This document shows positions 1 through 8,395 of a DNA stretch of 32,000 bases, piece after piece. The translations under genes and the position numbers were made by a program. The notes beneath the pieces are model-generated. The model searched no databases and had not been told where the DNA came from. It saw only the letters and a program-made list of their open reading frames with translations. Position 1 is the stretch's first letter; each line of letters starts with the position of its first letter. The stretch lies in the NCBI RefSeq assembly GCF_900232105.1, contig NZ_LT934425.1:2490001-2522000 (forward strand). The letters run 5' to 3'. The stretch is from Candidatus Kuenenia stuttgartensis (GTDB lineage Bacteria; Planctomycetota; Brocadiia; Brocadiales; Brocadiaceae).

Positions 1-9
1 TCAAAAAAT

Positions 10-819
10 TTGATCGAATTTTTAAAAAATAAAGCCTTATGGGTGCGTAAAGAGACCTTGAATATTCACAGGATAGCACAGGAAACAAGACTGGCTTCCT
101 CTTTATCTGCTGTGGAGATATTTGTGGCTTTGTTTTATGGTAGGATTCTAAATTTTGATCCCAAAAATACCCTATGGGGAAATAGGGACAGATTTATTAT
201 CAGTAAGGGTCATGGTTCAATTTCATTGTATCCGGTACTTGCAGATTTGGGATATTTTGATATGCAGGAATTGAAACGGGTGTGCAAAGAGGGTTCTTTT
301 CTCGGAGCAATTCCGGATACTATAATCCCCGGATACGAGACAATAAACGGCTCTTTAGGACACGGTCTTGGGGTTGCGTGCGGTATTTCCCTTGCTTTGA
401 AAAGAAAAAACAAAAGTGAAGAAGTTTTTGTACTTCTTGGTGATGGTGAATTATACGAGGGTTCGGTATGGGAAGCAGTCATGTTTGCAGGGGCGCATAA
501 ATTGGATAATCTGGTATTAATAATAGATAACAATAAAATTTGTATGCTTGATTATTGTAAAAATATACTGGATTTAGAACCTCTTAGCGAGAAGTTCAAG
601 ATGTTTAGATGGATGGTTAGAGCAGTTGATGGGCACGACATTAATCAATTATATAAGTCCTTAAAAGAATTAAAAGAGAGTAAAGATAACAAACCAAAAT
701 TATTGATAGCTAGTACTGTAAAAGGAAAGGGTATACCAAGCCTTGAAAATGACCCCTTGAGTCATATAAAAAACATAAAACCTGACGAAATTGACAAAGC
801 AATAGAGGAATTAAAATGA
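10..819 (+). CDS. Transketolase, N-terminal (TPP-binding) subunit
   Basis: Contains SKGHGSISLYPVLADLG, GSLGHGLGVACGISLA and GDGELYEGSVWEA...NLVLIIDNN, which are typical transketolase N-half TPP-binding motifs; stop overlaps the next ORF start. Confidence 0.93.
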   Translation: MIEFLKNKALWVRKETLNIHRIAQETRLASSLSAVEIFVALFYGRILNFDPKNTLWGNRDRFIISKGHGSISLYPVLADLGYFDMQELKRVCKEGSFLGAIPDTIIPGYETINGSLGHGLGVACGISLALKRKNKSEEVFVLLGDGELYEGSVWEAVMFAGAHKLDNLVLIIDNNKICMLDYCKNILDLEPLSEKFKMFRWMVRAVDGHDINQLYKSLKELKESKDNKPKLLIASTVKGKGIPSLENDPLSHIKNIKPDEIDKAIEELK

Positions 820-1778
820 TTACAGAGAGAAAGAGCATGAGGGATGTCTTTATAGAACAGATTTATCATCGTATGTCTGATAACAGCTCAATCTTTTTTC
901 TCTCTGCTGATTTTGGTTCACCGAAGCTTGATAAACTGAGAGAGGATTTTAGTGACAGATTTATAAATGTTGGTATTGCAGAGCAGAACCTAATAAATGT
1001 CTCGACAGGTTTAGCGTTGGAAGGGTTTACTGTGTATGCCTATGCTATTGCACCATTTTTGATAATGAGGGCTTATGAACAGATAAGAAATAACCTCTCT
1101 CTGCTTTCCCATACTCATAAGGTAAATGTAAACTTGGTGGGAGTTGGCGCAGGCTTGAGCTACGATGTATCAGGACCAACGCACCACAGCCTCGAAGATA
1201 TCAGTATAATAAGAACCTTACCCAACCTAAGCATTTTTTCTCCCAGCGATTGTTTACTCGCAGAGAAGTTTGTGGATTATTCAATAGAACACAAAAGCCC
1301 GAAATATATCAGGTTTGACGGTAAGCCATTGCCGGTTATTTATGGAAACACGAAGAGTTTGGATATACAGATCGGATTTTTTGAACTGACAAAGGGCGAC
1401 AATGTATGTTTGGTTTCAACGGGCTATATGACGCATACAGCCCTGAAGGTAGTTGAGAAATTGACCAAGGAAAATGTTTTTATCGGGCTTGTTGATGTTT
1501 TTCTGATAAAACCGCTTTATGAGGATTTACTTTTTGAGGCACTGAGTAAATATAAATATGTGATAACTCTTGAAGAGGCATTTATAAATAAAGGTGGCCT
1601 GGACAGTCTGGTATCAGGCATTTTAAATAATAAAGAAGCAAGCATTAAATTAAAAAAAATGGGATTTAGCGATAAATATCTTTTTGAGATGGGCGGAAGG
1701 GATTGCATGCACAAGTTAAATGGACTGGATGAAGACAGTATTGTCAAAGATATAAAAGACTTGCTGAGAAAGATATAA
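816..1778 (+). CDS. Transketolase, C-terminal subunit
   Basis: Contains FINVGIAEQNLINVSTGLALEGFTVYAYAIAPFL and SYDVSGPTHHSLEDISIIRTLPN, typical of the transketolase pyrimidine-binding/C-terminal half; 4-nt overlap with the upstream subunit. Confidence 0.93.
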   Translation: MITERKSMRDVFIEQIYHRMSDNSSIFFLSADFGSPKLDKLREDFSDRFINVGIAEQNLINVSTGLALEGFTVYAYAIAPFLIMRAYEQIRNNLSLLSHTHKVNVNLVGVGAGLSYDVSGPTHHSLEDISIIRTLPNLSIFSPSDCLLAEKFVDYSIEHKSPKYIRFDGKPLPVIYGNTKSLDIQIGFFELTKGDNVCLVSTGYMTHTALKVVEKLTKENVFIGLVDVFLIKPLYEDLLFEALSKYKYVITLEEAFINKGGLDSLVSGILNNKEASIKLKKMGFSDKYLFEMGGRDCMHKLNGLDEDSIVKDIKDLLRKI

Positions 1779-1786
1779 GGCAGAGA

Positions 1787-3247
1787 ATGGATATAGTCTT
1801 AATTAATCCTGGTGACAGGAAGCAGGTTTATCAAAACCTTGGGGAAGACTACGCTGCAATTGAACCTCCGTTCTGGATTGCTGTAATAGGTGCTTATCTT
1901 AGAAATAATGGGTTTGATGTGGCAGTTATTGATGCAAACGCTGAAAATATTTCTCCACAAGAAACTGCAGAAAAAGCAAATAGATTACAACCGTTATTGT
2001 CTGCAGTAATAGTTTATGGCTCGCAACCTTCTGCATCTACACAAAATATGACAGTTGCAGGAAGAATTTGTAAGGCATTAAAAACAAACACATCTTCGAA
2101 GGTAGCTATAGGAGGACTTCATCCATCGGCATTGCCAAAAAGGACATTAGAGGAAGAAGAGGTAGACTTTGTTATTGAAGGAGAGGGTACTTTTACATTA
2201 GAACACCTTCTTAACATTTTAAGATCGGGTAGCAAGGATTACTCTAGTATTCCAGGCCTGTGGTATTTTGATAATGGAGCTATAAGAAATAATCCAAGAC
2301 CGTCGCTTATTAAAGATTTAGATAAAATGGTACCTATTGCAGCATGGGATCTTTTACCAATGGAAAGATATAGAGCCCATAACTGGCATTGCTTTGATGA
2401 TATAAATAACAGGATGCCTTATGGCGCAATATATACAAGCCTTGGCTGCCCTTACAATTGCGTATTCTGTTGTATAAATGCTCCATTTGGAAAACCAGGG
2501 ATAAGGTATAGAAGCCCTGAATTGGTAGTAGCAGAAATAGGTTTATTGACAAGCAAATACGGCATAAAAAATATAAAGATAGTGGATGAATTATTTGTTT
2601 TTAATGAAAAGCATTACATGTCAATCGTAGATTTAATAATCCGAAAAGGTTATAACCTGAATATGTGGGCTTATGCAAGGATTGATACGATTAAGCAAGA
2701 ACATTTTAAAAAAATGAAAAAGGCAGGAATTAATTGGCTTGCATTAGGTATTGAATCGGCAAGTGTTGTAGTAAGAGAAGGTGTCAATAAGAGGACCCGA
2801 GTAAAAGATATTATAAAAATTATAAGAATGATTCAATCTGAAGGTATTCGAGTGGGTGCAAATTACATTTTTGGTTTACCAGACGACAATCTTGAAACTA
2901 TGCAGGAAACCCTGGACATGGCTATGGGAATAAATTCTGAACTGGCAAATTTTTATTGTGCAATGGCTTACCCCGGCTCGGAACTTTATGATATAGCCAT
3001 AAAGGAGGGTTGGGAGTTGCCAAAGGAATGGTATGGATATTCACAGCACTCTTATGAAACCTTCCCTTTACCGACAAAATATATTAGCGCCAGAGAAGTA
3101 TTAAAATTCAGGGATGATGCATTTCATAAATATTCATCAAGTCCCATTTATCTAAATATGATAGAGAATAAATTTGGGAAAATGGTCAAAGAACATATTC
3201 AAGAAATGACGAAAACCAGATTAAAAAGAAAATTACTTGAGAGCTGA
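1787..3247 (+). CDS. B12-binding domain radical SAM protein
   Basis: N-terminal cobalamin-binding-like region; radical SAM motif CxxxCxxC in YTSLGCPYNCVFCCINAPFG; then WAYARIDTIKQEHFKKMKKAGINWLALGIESAS. Confidence 0.9.
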   Translation: MDIVLINPGDRKQVYQNLGEDYAAIEPPFWIAVIGAYLRNNGFDVAVIDANAENISPQETAEKANRLQPLLSAVIVYGSQPSASTQNMTVAGRICKALKTNTSSKVAIGGLHPSALPKRTLEEEEVDFVIEGEGTFTLEHLLNILRSGSKDYSSIPGLWYFDNGAIRNNPRPSLIKDLDKMVPIAAWDLLPMERYRAHNWHCFDDINNRMPYGAIYTSLGCPYNCVFCCINAPFGKPGIRYRSPELVVAEIGLLTSKYGIKNIKIVDELFVFNEKHYMSIVDLIIRKGYNLNMWAYARIDTIKQEHFKKMKKAGINWLALGIESASVVVREGVNKRTRVKDIIKIIRMIQSEGIRVGANYIFGLPDDNLETMQETLDMAMGINSELANFYCAMAYPGSELYDIAIKEGWELPKEWYGYSQHSYETFPLPTKYISAREVLKFRDDAFHKYSSSPIYLNMIENKFGKMVKEHIQEMTKTRLKRKLLES

Positions 3248-3309
3248 CTCTCTAAATTGCTCATTGCTCTATATTTCGCCTCTTCGATTTCTGTGACCTG
3301 ATCATCGTG

Positions 3310-3469
3310 AGAGGATATGGCCTGAATATCTGGGCTTATGCCAGAGTTGATACAGTCAATGAAAGATGCTAGCCAGGAGGAAACAATCGGGCATCAACTG
3401 GGTGGCCTACGGTTTTGAATCCGGGCGCATGAAAGTGCTTGACGGGGTCAGTAAAGGATACTTTCAGAA
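3310..3469 (+). pseudogene. Remnant of a second radical SAM paralogue (middle part only)
   Basis: Translated in pieces: CDLIIVRGYGLNIWAYARVDTVNE and, after a frameshift, KQSGINWVAYGFESGRMKVLDGVSKGYFQN. Parallels LIIRKGYNLNMWAYARIDTIKQ...KKAGINWLALGIESASVVVREGVNK of the intact gene. Confidence 0.75.
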
Positions 3470-3499
3470 TGAAAAATAAAAATATGGAGGAGGAAAAAG

Positions 3500-3721
3500 A
3501 TGGAAGTCATAAGCAAGACAAAGATACTCGGAGATGGTGATATTGAGCTTTCTCCCGAGGCAAAAGAAAAACTCAAAAAATTGGTGGGAAAAACAGTAAG
3601 GATCGTTGTGCAAGAGGAAAAGGAGCTTGCCAGTCCCCTTCTTGAACTCTGTGGAAGGGCCGATGTGAAAATCAAAGACGGCTCCCTAAATCATGATAAG
3701 TATATCTATGGGGGAAAATAA
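3500..3721 (+). CDS. Antitoxin-like small protein paired with PIN ORF
   Basis: 73 aa ORF preceded by ggagg; immediately upstream of a PIN-type remnant; MEVISKTKILGDGDIELSPEAKEKLKKLVGKTVRIVVQEE. Confidence 0.5.
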   Translation: MEVISKTKILGDGDIELSPEAKEKLKKLVGKTVRIVVQEEKELASPLLELCGRADVKIKDGSLNHDKYIYGGK

Positions 3722-3724
3722 CCC

Positions 3725-3910
3725 TTGGAAAAAGCCTTTATTGACATTTCCTACTGGATTGCTTTTTTGAGTCTGTTTAGAAAAATAGAGTATAAAGATC
3801 TGAGTTTTGTAGATTGTACCAGTTTCACCCTAATGAAAAAGGAAGGGATTGCAAGGGCTTTGACATTCGATGCACATTTCGAGCAGATGAGTTTTCTCAA
3901 AGAGCCATAA
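3725..3910 (+). pseudogene. Internally deleted PIN-domain toxin
   Basis: Only 61 aa: PIN N-terminus (AFIDISYWIAFLS) joined directly to a PIN C-terminus (YKDLSFVDCTSFTLMKKEGIARALTFDAHFEQMSF); the middle of a normal ~130 aa PIN domain is absent. Confidence 0.7.
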
Positions 3911-3995
3911 AGGGTAACAGATGTAGGTAAAAATGGATTGCCATGCGGTAGTGCGGATAAGGTCGTCCGGGAAAGGTTGAAGATGAAAAATAAAC

Positions 3996-4106
3996 CTAGT
4001 GTCTAATTGCATAAATTGTTGATAGTATTTCTCTCCAGAAATCCCTTTATTCTATGGGTATTCGAGGCAACAAGATATCTTGTGTACTATTGCAATTAAA
4101 CACTAG
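3996..4106. repeat. MITE-like element with 16-bp terminal inverted repeats (15/16)
   Basis: ctagtgtctaattgca (3996-4011) versus tgcaattaaacactag (4091-4106). Confidence 0.5.
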
Positions 4107-4148
4107 AGAAAAATGTGGGAAGTGTACCAAATTTAAAGGAGTTTCTAA

Positions 4149-4343
4149 ATGAATTACAATCCTGTTAAAATAACCGTTGAAGAGATAAAGCATATCTTGC
4201 CCAGACTTTCGAGGTGCCAGATCATAGAATTAGATCAAAGAATTCACGAATATCTGGAGACATCCCTATTGACCAGGGCTTCAGAAACAGCATTCTCTGA
4301 ATGGGAAGACCCTGAGGAAGACCTCTATAATACCGATGTTTAA
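4149..4343 (+). CDS. Antitoxin of MazF/PemK-like toxin
   Basis: 64 aa ORF overlapping the MazF-like start codon by 8 nt; VEEIKHILPRLSRCQIIELDQRIHEYLE... resembles small antitoxins found before MazF/PemK genes. Confidence 0.6.
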   Translation: MNYNPVKITVEEIKHILPRLSRCQIIELDQRIHEYLETSLLTRASETAFSEWEDPEEDLYNTDV

Positions 4344-4674
4344 ACCCGGCACTATAGTATTGGTCAATTTCCCTTTCACTGATAGCCAGTCTTCGAAGGT
4401 AAGACCTGCTTTGGTGCTTACCAAGAAGGGGGATGACGTTATCATCCTTGGTATTTTTTCCAAGTCCATTGATGGGCTTCGTGAGTCATGGATCAAAGTT
4501 GATGGACTTAACCCGGATTTTCATAAAACAGGATTGAAGAAGACCTCTATCATTAAAACGGAAAAAATCACAGTAATTCACCAGTCCTTGGTTCAGAAAG
4601 AACTCGGTTCCCTCTCCTTTGAATTAATGCAACAAGTTAGAAAAATACTTCGTAAAACTCTGGAAATTGAATAA
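4336..4674 (+). CDS. MazF/PemK-family (type II) toxin
   Basis: PGTIVLVNFPFTDSQSSKVRPALVLTKKGDDVIILGIFSK, the PemK/MazF N-terminal signature. Confidence 0.8.
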   Translation: MFKPGTIVLVNFPFTDSQSSKVRPALVLTKKGDDVIILGIFSKSIDGLRESWIKVDGLNPDFHKTGLKKTSIIKTEKITVIHQSLVQKELGSLSFELMQQVRKILRKTLEIE

Positions 4675-4881
4675 AAAGAGGCTGGGCAAGTACATCACGC
4701 AATCCGCAATCGTCCTAATGACCCAATGGCCTATTGATTTTTTGCTATGCGATGTCAAGATTAGATTCTGCTGCCCCATGAAAATGGGCAATTGCAACAT
4801 GCCACAGTGCAACGACTTAAAAAGGCGCGTTTTGGCAAAATGGCTCTTTTTCAGCAGAATCAAGATTAAAGACATGGTCAC

Positions 4882-5406
4882 ATGACAGCCATTGAAACAA
4901 TGCAGGAAACCCTGGACATGGCTATGGAAATAAATTCTGAACTGGCAAATTTTTATTGTGCAATGGCTTACCCTGGCTCTCAACTTTATGATATAGCCAT
5001 AAAGGAGGGTTGGGAGTTGCCAAAGGAATGGTATGGATATTCACAGCACTCTTATGAGACCCTCCCTTTACCGACAAAATATATTAGCGCAAGGGAAGTT
5101 TTGAAATTTCGAGACGATGCATTTTGTAAATATTTCAAAAATGCAGATTATTTGAATATGATGGAAGGAATATTTGGGAAAGAAGTTAAAGAACATATTC
5201 AGGAAATGGCGAAGACGAGATTGAAAAGAAAAATTCTTGAAACAGGACGTTATATTTTTTCGGAATTCGGAATAGGGATCAGCATGAAGTGCCTCTTTGC
5301 AGACGCTCGATTCTTGGAGAATGGAGTAGTATTTAGGGGTAAATGGGACAGGCTGAATTGTAAGGAGGATTTTGAAATATGCCCAGGATTCCAAGGGGAT
5401 TGGTAG
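4882..5406 (+). pseudogene. Partial copy (tail copy B) of the radical SAM gene 3' end
   Basis: ETMQETLDMAMEINSELANFYCAMAYPGSQLYDIAIKEGWELPKEWYGYSQHSYETLPLPTKYISAREVLKFRDDAF... is nearly identical to the C-terminus of ORF 1787-3247; no SAM domain present. Confidence 0.9.
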
Positions 5407-5498
5407 ATGGATTTATTTATCATGAGGCGAGAAAAGGTAGAAAGGTAGCCTGTCCCCTTCCCCCCTTTGATTATATATCCCATTGGGGTTATCGATGA
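5379..5498 (+). pseudogene. N-terminal remnant of REP-associated tyrosine transposase (RAYT / IS200-like)
   Basis: MPRIPRGLVDGFIYHEARKG..., similar to the MPRxPR...YHV N-terminus of RAYTs; no downstream Y1 domain. Confidence 0.5.
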
Positions 5499-5552
5499 TG
5501 CGAAGGCTTGTTTAAAAAATGTTTTTGGTAAAAAGAGTGAGGAGGTTGAAAT

Positions 5553-5867
5553 ATGCACAGCTTAATAGAATTATCCCCTAATTTAAAAGGTATATTTAAA
5601 GAATTTGGAGAGAAGGCAGAAGATATAGTAATGAAGGCATTGTCTGCCGGGCTCAGGGAACTTCTGAGAGAGTGCGAAGAGGAAATATTAGAGTTTGAGA
5701 TAAAATATGGACTCTCTTTTGAAAAGTTTAAAGAACATCTCGAAAAGGGAAATGTAGGCGATTTTCACTCTTATCCTTTAGAAAATGACGCAATGTTATG
5801 GGAAGACCTTGAAGAAGAGAAACGGATTAGATTAGAATCATTGCGCAAATTGGAACGACTAGATTGA
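5553..5867 (+). CDS. Probable antitoxin partner of DUF6516/TumE-like protein
   Basis: 104 aa acidic ORF overlapping the next ORF by 4 nt in a two-gene unit. Confidence 0.45.
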   Translation: MHSLIELSPNLKGIFKEFGEKAEDIVMKALSAGLRELLRECEEEILEFEIKYGLSFEKFKEHLEKGNVGDFHSYPLENDAMLWEDLEEEKRIRLESLRKLERLD

Positions 5868-6193
5868 TGTTGGGCAACTTAAAAAATGAATTGTTTCAAT
5901 TATTAGAAAAATATTTTCCTTCAATTCGAATCGACAGTAAGGAAAAACGTGGAATTATACTCGAAGTGAGGGCGCATATCGATGAGGCAACTTTCATTGT
6001 GGTTTATGCTAATGCCATAACTGGAAAGAGGAGTTTTGCTCTAATCTCAAAGGGTGAGAGGATAATTGGCTATGACAACTACAAGTTTTGGCACTATCAT
6101 CCTCCTGGCGAGCCAAACAGCCACATTCCTTGTGATGAACCTTCCATAGAATCGATAATTTTAGAGTTTAAGGCTGTACAAGAAAAATACTAA
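5864..6193 (+). CDS. DUF6516 / TumE-like putative toxin
   Basis: 109 aa; ...YDNYKFWHYHPPGEPNSHIPCDEPSIESIILEF, a YDN...HHPPxxxxxH-like pattern followed by ..P...I..I..EF seen in DUF6516-type proteins. Confidence 0.55.
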   Translation: MMLGNLKNELFQLLEKYFPSIRIDSKEKRGIILEVRAHIDEATFIVVYANAITGKRSFALISKGERIIGYDNYKFWHYHPPGEPNSHIPCDEPSIESIILEFKAVQEKY

Positions 6194-6248
6194 CTTTTTA
6201 CGAGAGGGTAAAATGGGACAGGCTGAATTGTAAGGAGGATTCTGAAAT

Positions 6249-6345
6249 ATGCCCAGAATTCCAAGGGGATTGGTATATGGATTTATTTATCATGAGACAA
6301 GGAAAGGTAGCCTGTGCCCTTTGTTTTTAATGCTCTTTTTTTAAA
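6249..6345 (+). pseudogene. Second RAYT N-terminal remnant (copy of 5379 fragment)
   Basis: MPRIPRGLVYGFIYHETRKG; the whole interval 6206-6324 is repeated from 5337-5456. Confidence 0.5.
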
Positions 6346-6453
6346 ATGCATAACTGTAAGGCATTGATTATATGAGGCTTCCGTAAAGTTTGGAGCATTG
6401 GGTTTTTTGTCATTTGAATTTGTTTCGTATTTCGATATTCGTATTTCGAATTT

Positions 6454-6478
6454 GGTTGCGGCCAAAGGCCGCTCTAGG
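6454..6478. repeat. REP-like palindrome, copy 1
   Basis: ggttgcggccaaaggccgctctagg containing perfect hairpin gcggcc-aaa-ggccgc. Confidence 0.6.
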
Positions 6479-6503
6479 TACTTCATGGTGATACTATGAG
6501 TAG

Positions 6504-6695
6504 TAAAAATATGGAGGAGGAAAAGGATGGAAGTCATAAGCAATGCAAAGATACTCGAAGATGGTGACATTGAGCTTTTTCCGCAAATTTAAAGGAGGTT
6601 CTAAATGAATCCTGTTAAAATAACCGTTGAAGAGATAAAGCATGTCTTACCCAGACTTTCGAGGCGCCAGATCGTAGAATTAGATCAAAGAATTC
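6504..6695 (+). pseudogene. Copy 2 of the PIN-antitoxin start and MazF-antitoxin start (degraded duplicate)
   Basis: 6504-6582 matches 3477-3555; 6584-6695 matches 4128-4245, minus a 6-nt loss; truncated by inserted DNA. Confidence 0.85.
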
Positions 6696-6719
6696 CTAGC
6701 GCGGCCTTTGGCCGCAACC
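6695..6719. repeat. REP-like palindrome, copy 2 (inverted relative to copy 1)
   Basis: cctagcgcggcctttggccgcaacc is the reverse complement of copy 1 with one mismatch. Confidence 0.6.
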
Positions 6720-8395
6720 AAAAAGGTGATTTTTAGTTTATTATAAAGTATAGTAGTATCCTCGTAAATAGTAATCAGACAATTTGGAGGACACTACTTA
6801 TGAATAAGTTGATGGAATTATATCGAGACAGGATCGTGGGTGCAATAAGCGGTCTGGACAGGATTCGTTTTCGCGGGACATTGCGGTGGTTGGCCAGTGA
6901 GCGTGGGATGGGAACATTCATGAACCAAGCGAGAATTCTGCTTAAGGATTTTTCCGGTTGGGTCAATGGGCTTACGGCACAGGTGCGAGACAGTTGTGAA
7001 TCGCGGGCGAAAGATTTGGGTATCGAGGTGCGGTATTTGATGAGCAGCGGTGTTGATAAGGAGAAGTTGGCTCGCCAGATCGCGGCGGATAAGAGGATTA
7101 CGGAAGGTTCCATCTGCCTGTTGAGTGTGGTAGAGCCTTGTATTGCGCCGATGGTCAAGGGCAACAAGGCCAGCAAGAAGCTCGAGTTGGTAATGGCGCC
7201 CCGCAAGTGTGTCTTTGTGTATCATTATTTTAACGATCCAGTGTTTGGTTTTGGTCATGTTCGTATCCAGAGTTGGGCGCCGTTTAATATTTTCATTTGT
7301 CTCAATGGTCGTCATTGGCTGGAGCGGCAACTTCAGAAGCAAGGTATTGATTATGTTAAGGACGGCAACTGTTTTGTGCGTATAGAGGATATTGCGGCTG
7401 CGCAGGTTCTGCTCCATGAGCAGCTTAAGACTGACTGGGCGAAGCTGCTGAACGGGCTTGCGTTGGGCAGTTGCCCGGCATTGTCGCAGATTCTTCGTCC
7501 GTTGGAACCGGAGTATTACTGGTCTGCGGATGAGACGGAGTGGGCGACGGACATCATGTTTAAATCGGTTGAGGCATTGGAGGAGTTGTTTCCATCGTTT
7601 GTTCATCATGCGATGCGGGTTTGCGACAGTTCTTCGGTGATGAAGTATTTGGGTAGGCGTAACCTTGCAGGCGCTGCCCCTGATGAGGTTATCAGCGACT
7701 ATCGAAGACGCTATGAAGGTATACGGGTCAAGCACAGTGTGAATTATAATTCAGTGAAGATGTATAACAAGAGCGGTAGTCTCTTGCGTATTGAGACAAC
7801 GATCAATAATACGCGGGACTTTAAGGTCTTTCGGAGTCCCAATGATGATGAAGGCAAACCGGCGTCATGGCAGAAGATGCGTAAGGGCGTAAGCGATCTT
7901 CATCGACGGTGTGAGGTGAGCCAACAATGCAATGATCGTTATGGGGATGCTTTGGCGGCGGCTCAGGTAGAGGAGAAACTGAAAGAAGTGGTGAGCAGCG
8001 CTTGTAACAAGGTTGTCAAAGAGGGCAAGAGGTATCGAGGTTTGAATCCCTGGCAGCAGGATGATTACCAGATGCTGATGTTCCTGTCCAAAGGCGAAAA
8101 CGCGATAAATGGATTCCGCAACCATGATTTGCGTAAGTGGCTTTACCGGGAATCCGAACAATCCGGCAAGGATCAGCAAAAGAAATATTCCGGACGAACG
8201 ACCCGACGGATAAAGATGCTGCGGGCACACGGTCTAATCCGCAAAGTTCCGAGGGCCAACCGCTATGTTTTGACGGAGAAAGGCCAGAAGTTCTCTTGTT
8301 CACTGATGACCGCTTCAGCCCTTGATATTAAAGCACTTACGGAAATGGCGGCATGAAAAACACGCATAAAAAACAAGAAATTGATGGATAGTAGT
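6696..8395 (+). mobile_element. 1.7-kb insertion of unclassified type carrying a 518-aa gene
   Basis: Interrupts duplicated MazF-antitoxin gene: copy 1 reads aattc-acgaatatctggaga (4241-4260), copy 2 reads aattc [1700 bp] acgaatatctggaga. One intact ORF, visibly more G+C-rich than its surroundings. Confidence 0.65.
6800..8356 (+). CDS. Conserved protein of unknown function with predicted C-terminal winged helix
   Basis: 518 aa intact ORF preceded by ggagga; N-term YRDRIVGAISGLDRIRFRGTL; C-term TRRIKMLRAHGLIRKVPRANRYVLTEKGQ resembles a winged-helix wing. Confidence 0.8.
   Translation: MNKLMELYRDRIVGAISGLDRIRFRGTLRWLASERGMGTFMNQARILLKDFSGWVNGLTAQVRDSCESRAKDLGIEVRYLMSSGVDKEKLARQIAADKRITEGSICLLSVVEPCIAPMVKGNKASKKLELVMAPRKCVFVYHYFNDPVFGFGHVRIQSWAPFNIFICLNGRHWLERQLQKQGIDYVKDGNCFVRIEDIAAAQVLLHEQLKTDWAKLLNGLALGSCPALSQILRPLEPEYYWSADETEWATDIMFKSVEALEELFPSFVHHAMRVCDSSSVMKYLGRRNLAGAAPDEVISDYRRRYEGIRVKHSVNYNSVKMYNKSGSLLRIETTINNTRDFKVFRSPNDDEGKPASWQKMRKGVSDLHRRCEVSQQCNDRYGDALAAAQVEEKLKEVVSSACNKVVKEGKRYRGLNPWQQDDYQMLMFLSKGENAINGFRNHDLRKWLYRESEQSGKDQQKKYSGRTTRRIKMLRAHGLIRKVPRANRYVLTEKGQKFSCSLMTASALDIKALTEMAA

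Noticed and set aside
4667-4885. 72-aa + strand ORF in the spacer before tail copy B
   Set aside because: The equivalent spacer in copy 2 contains small indels that do not preserve the frame, so coding is unlikely; treated as a noncoding repeat.
6818-7735. 305-aa minus-strand ORF opposite the 518-aa gene
   Set aside because: It overlaps a long, well-formed + strand ORF with a Shine-Dalgarno-like site; the minus-strand translation has no recognisable motif and low-complexity composition, so it looks like a shadow ORF.
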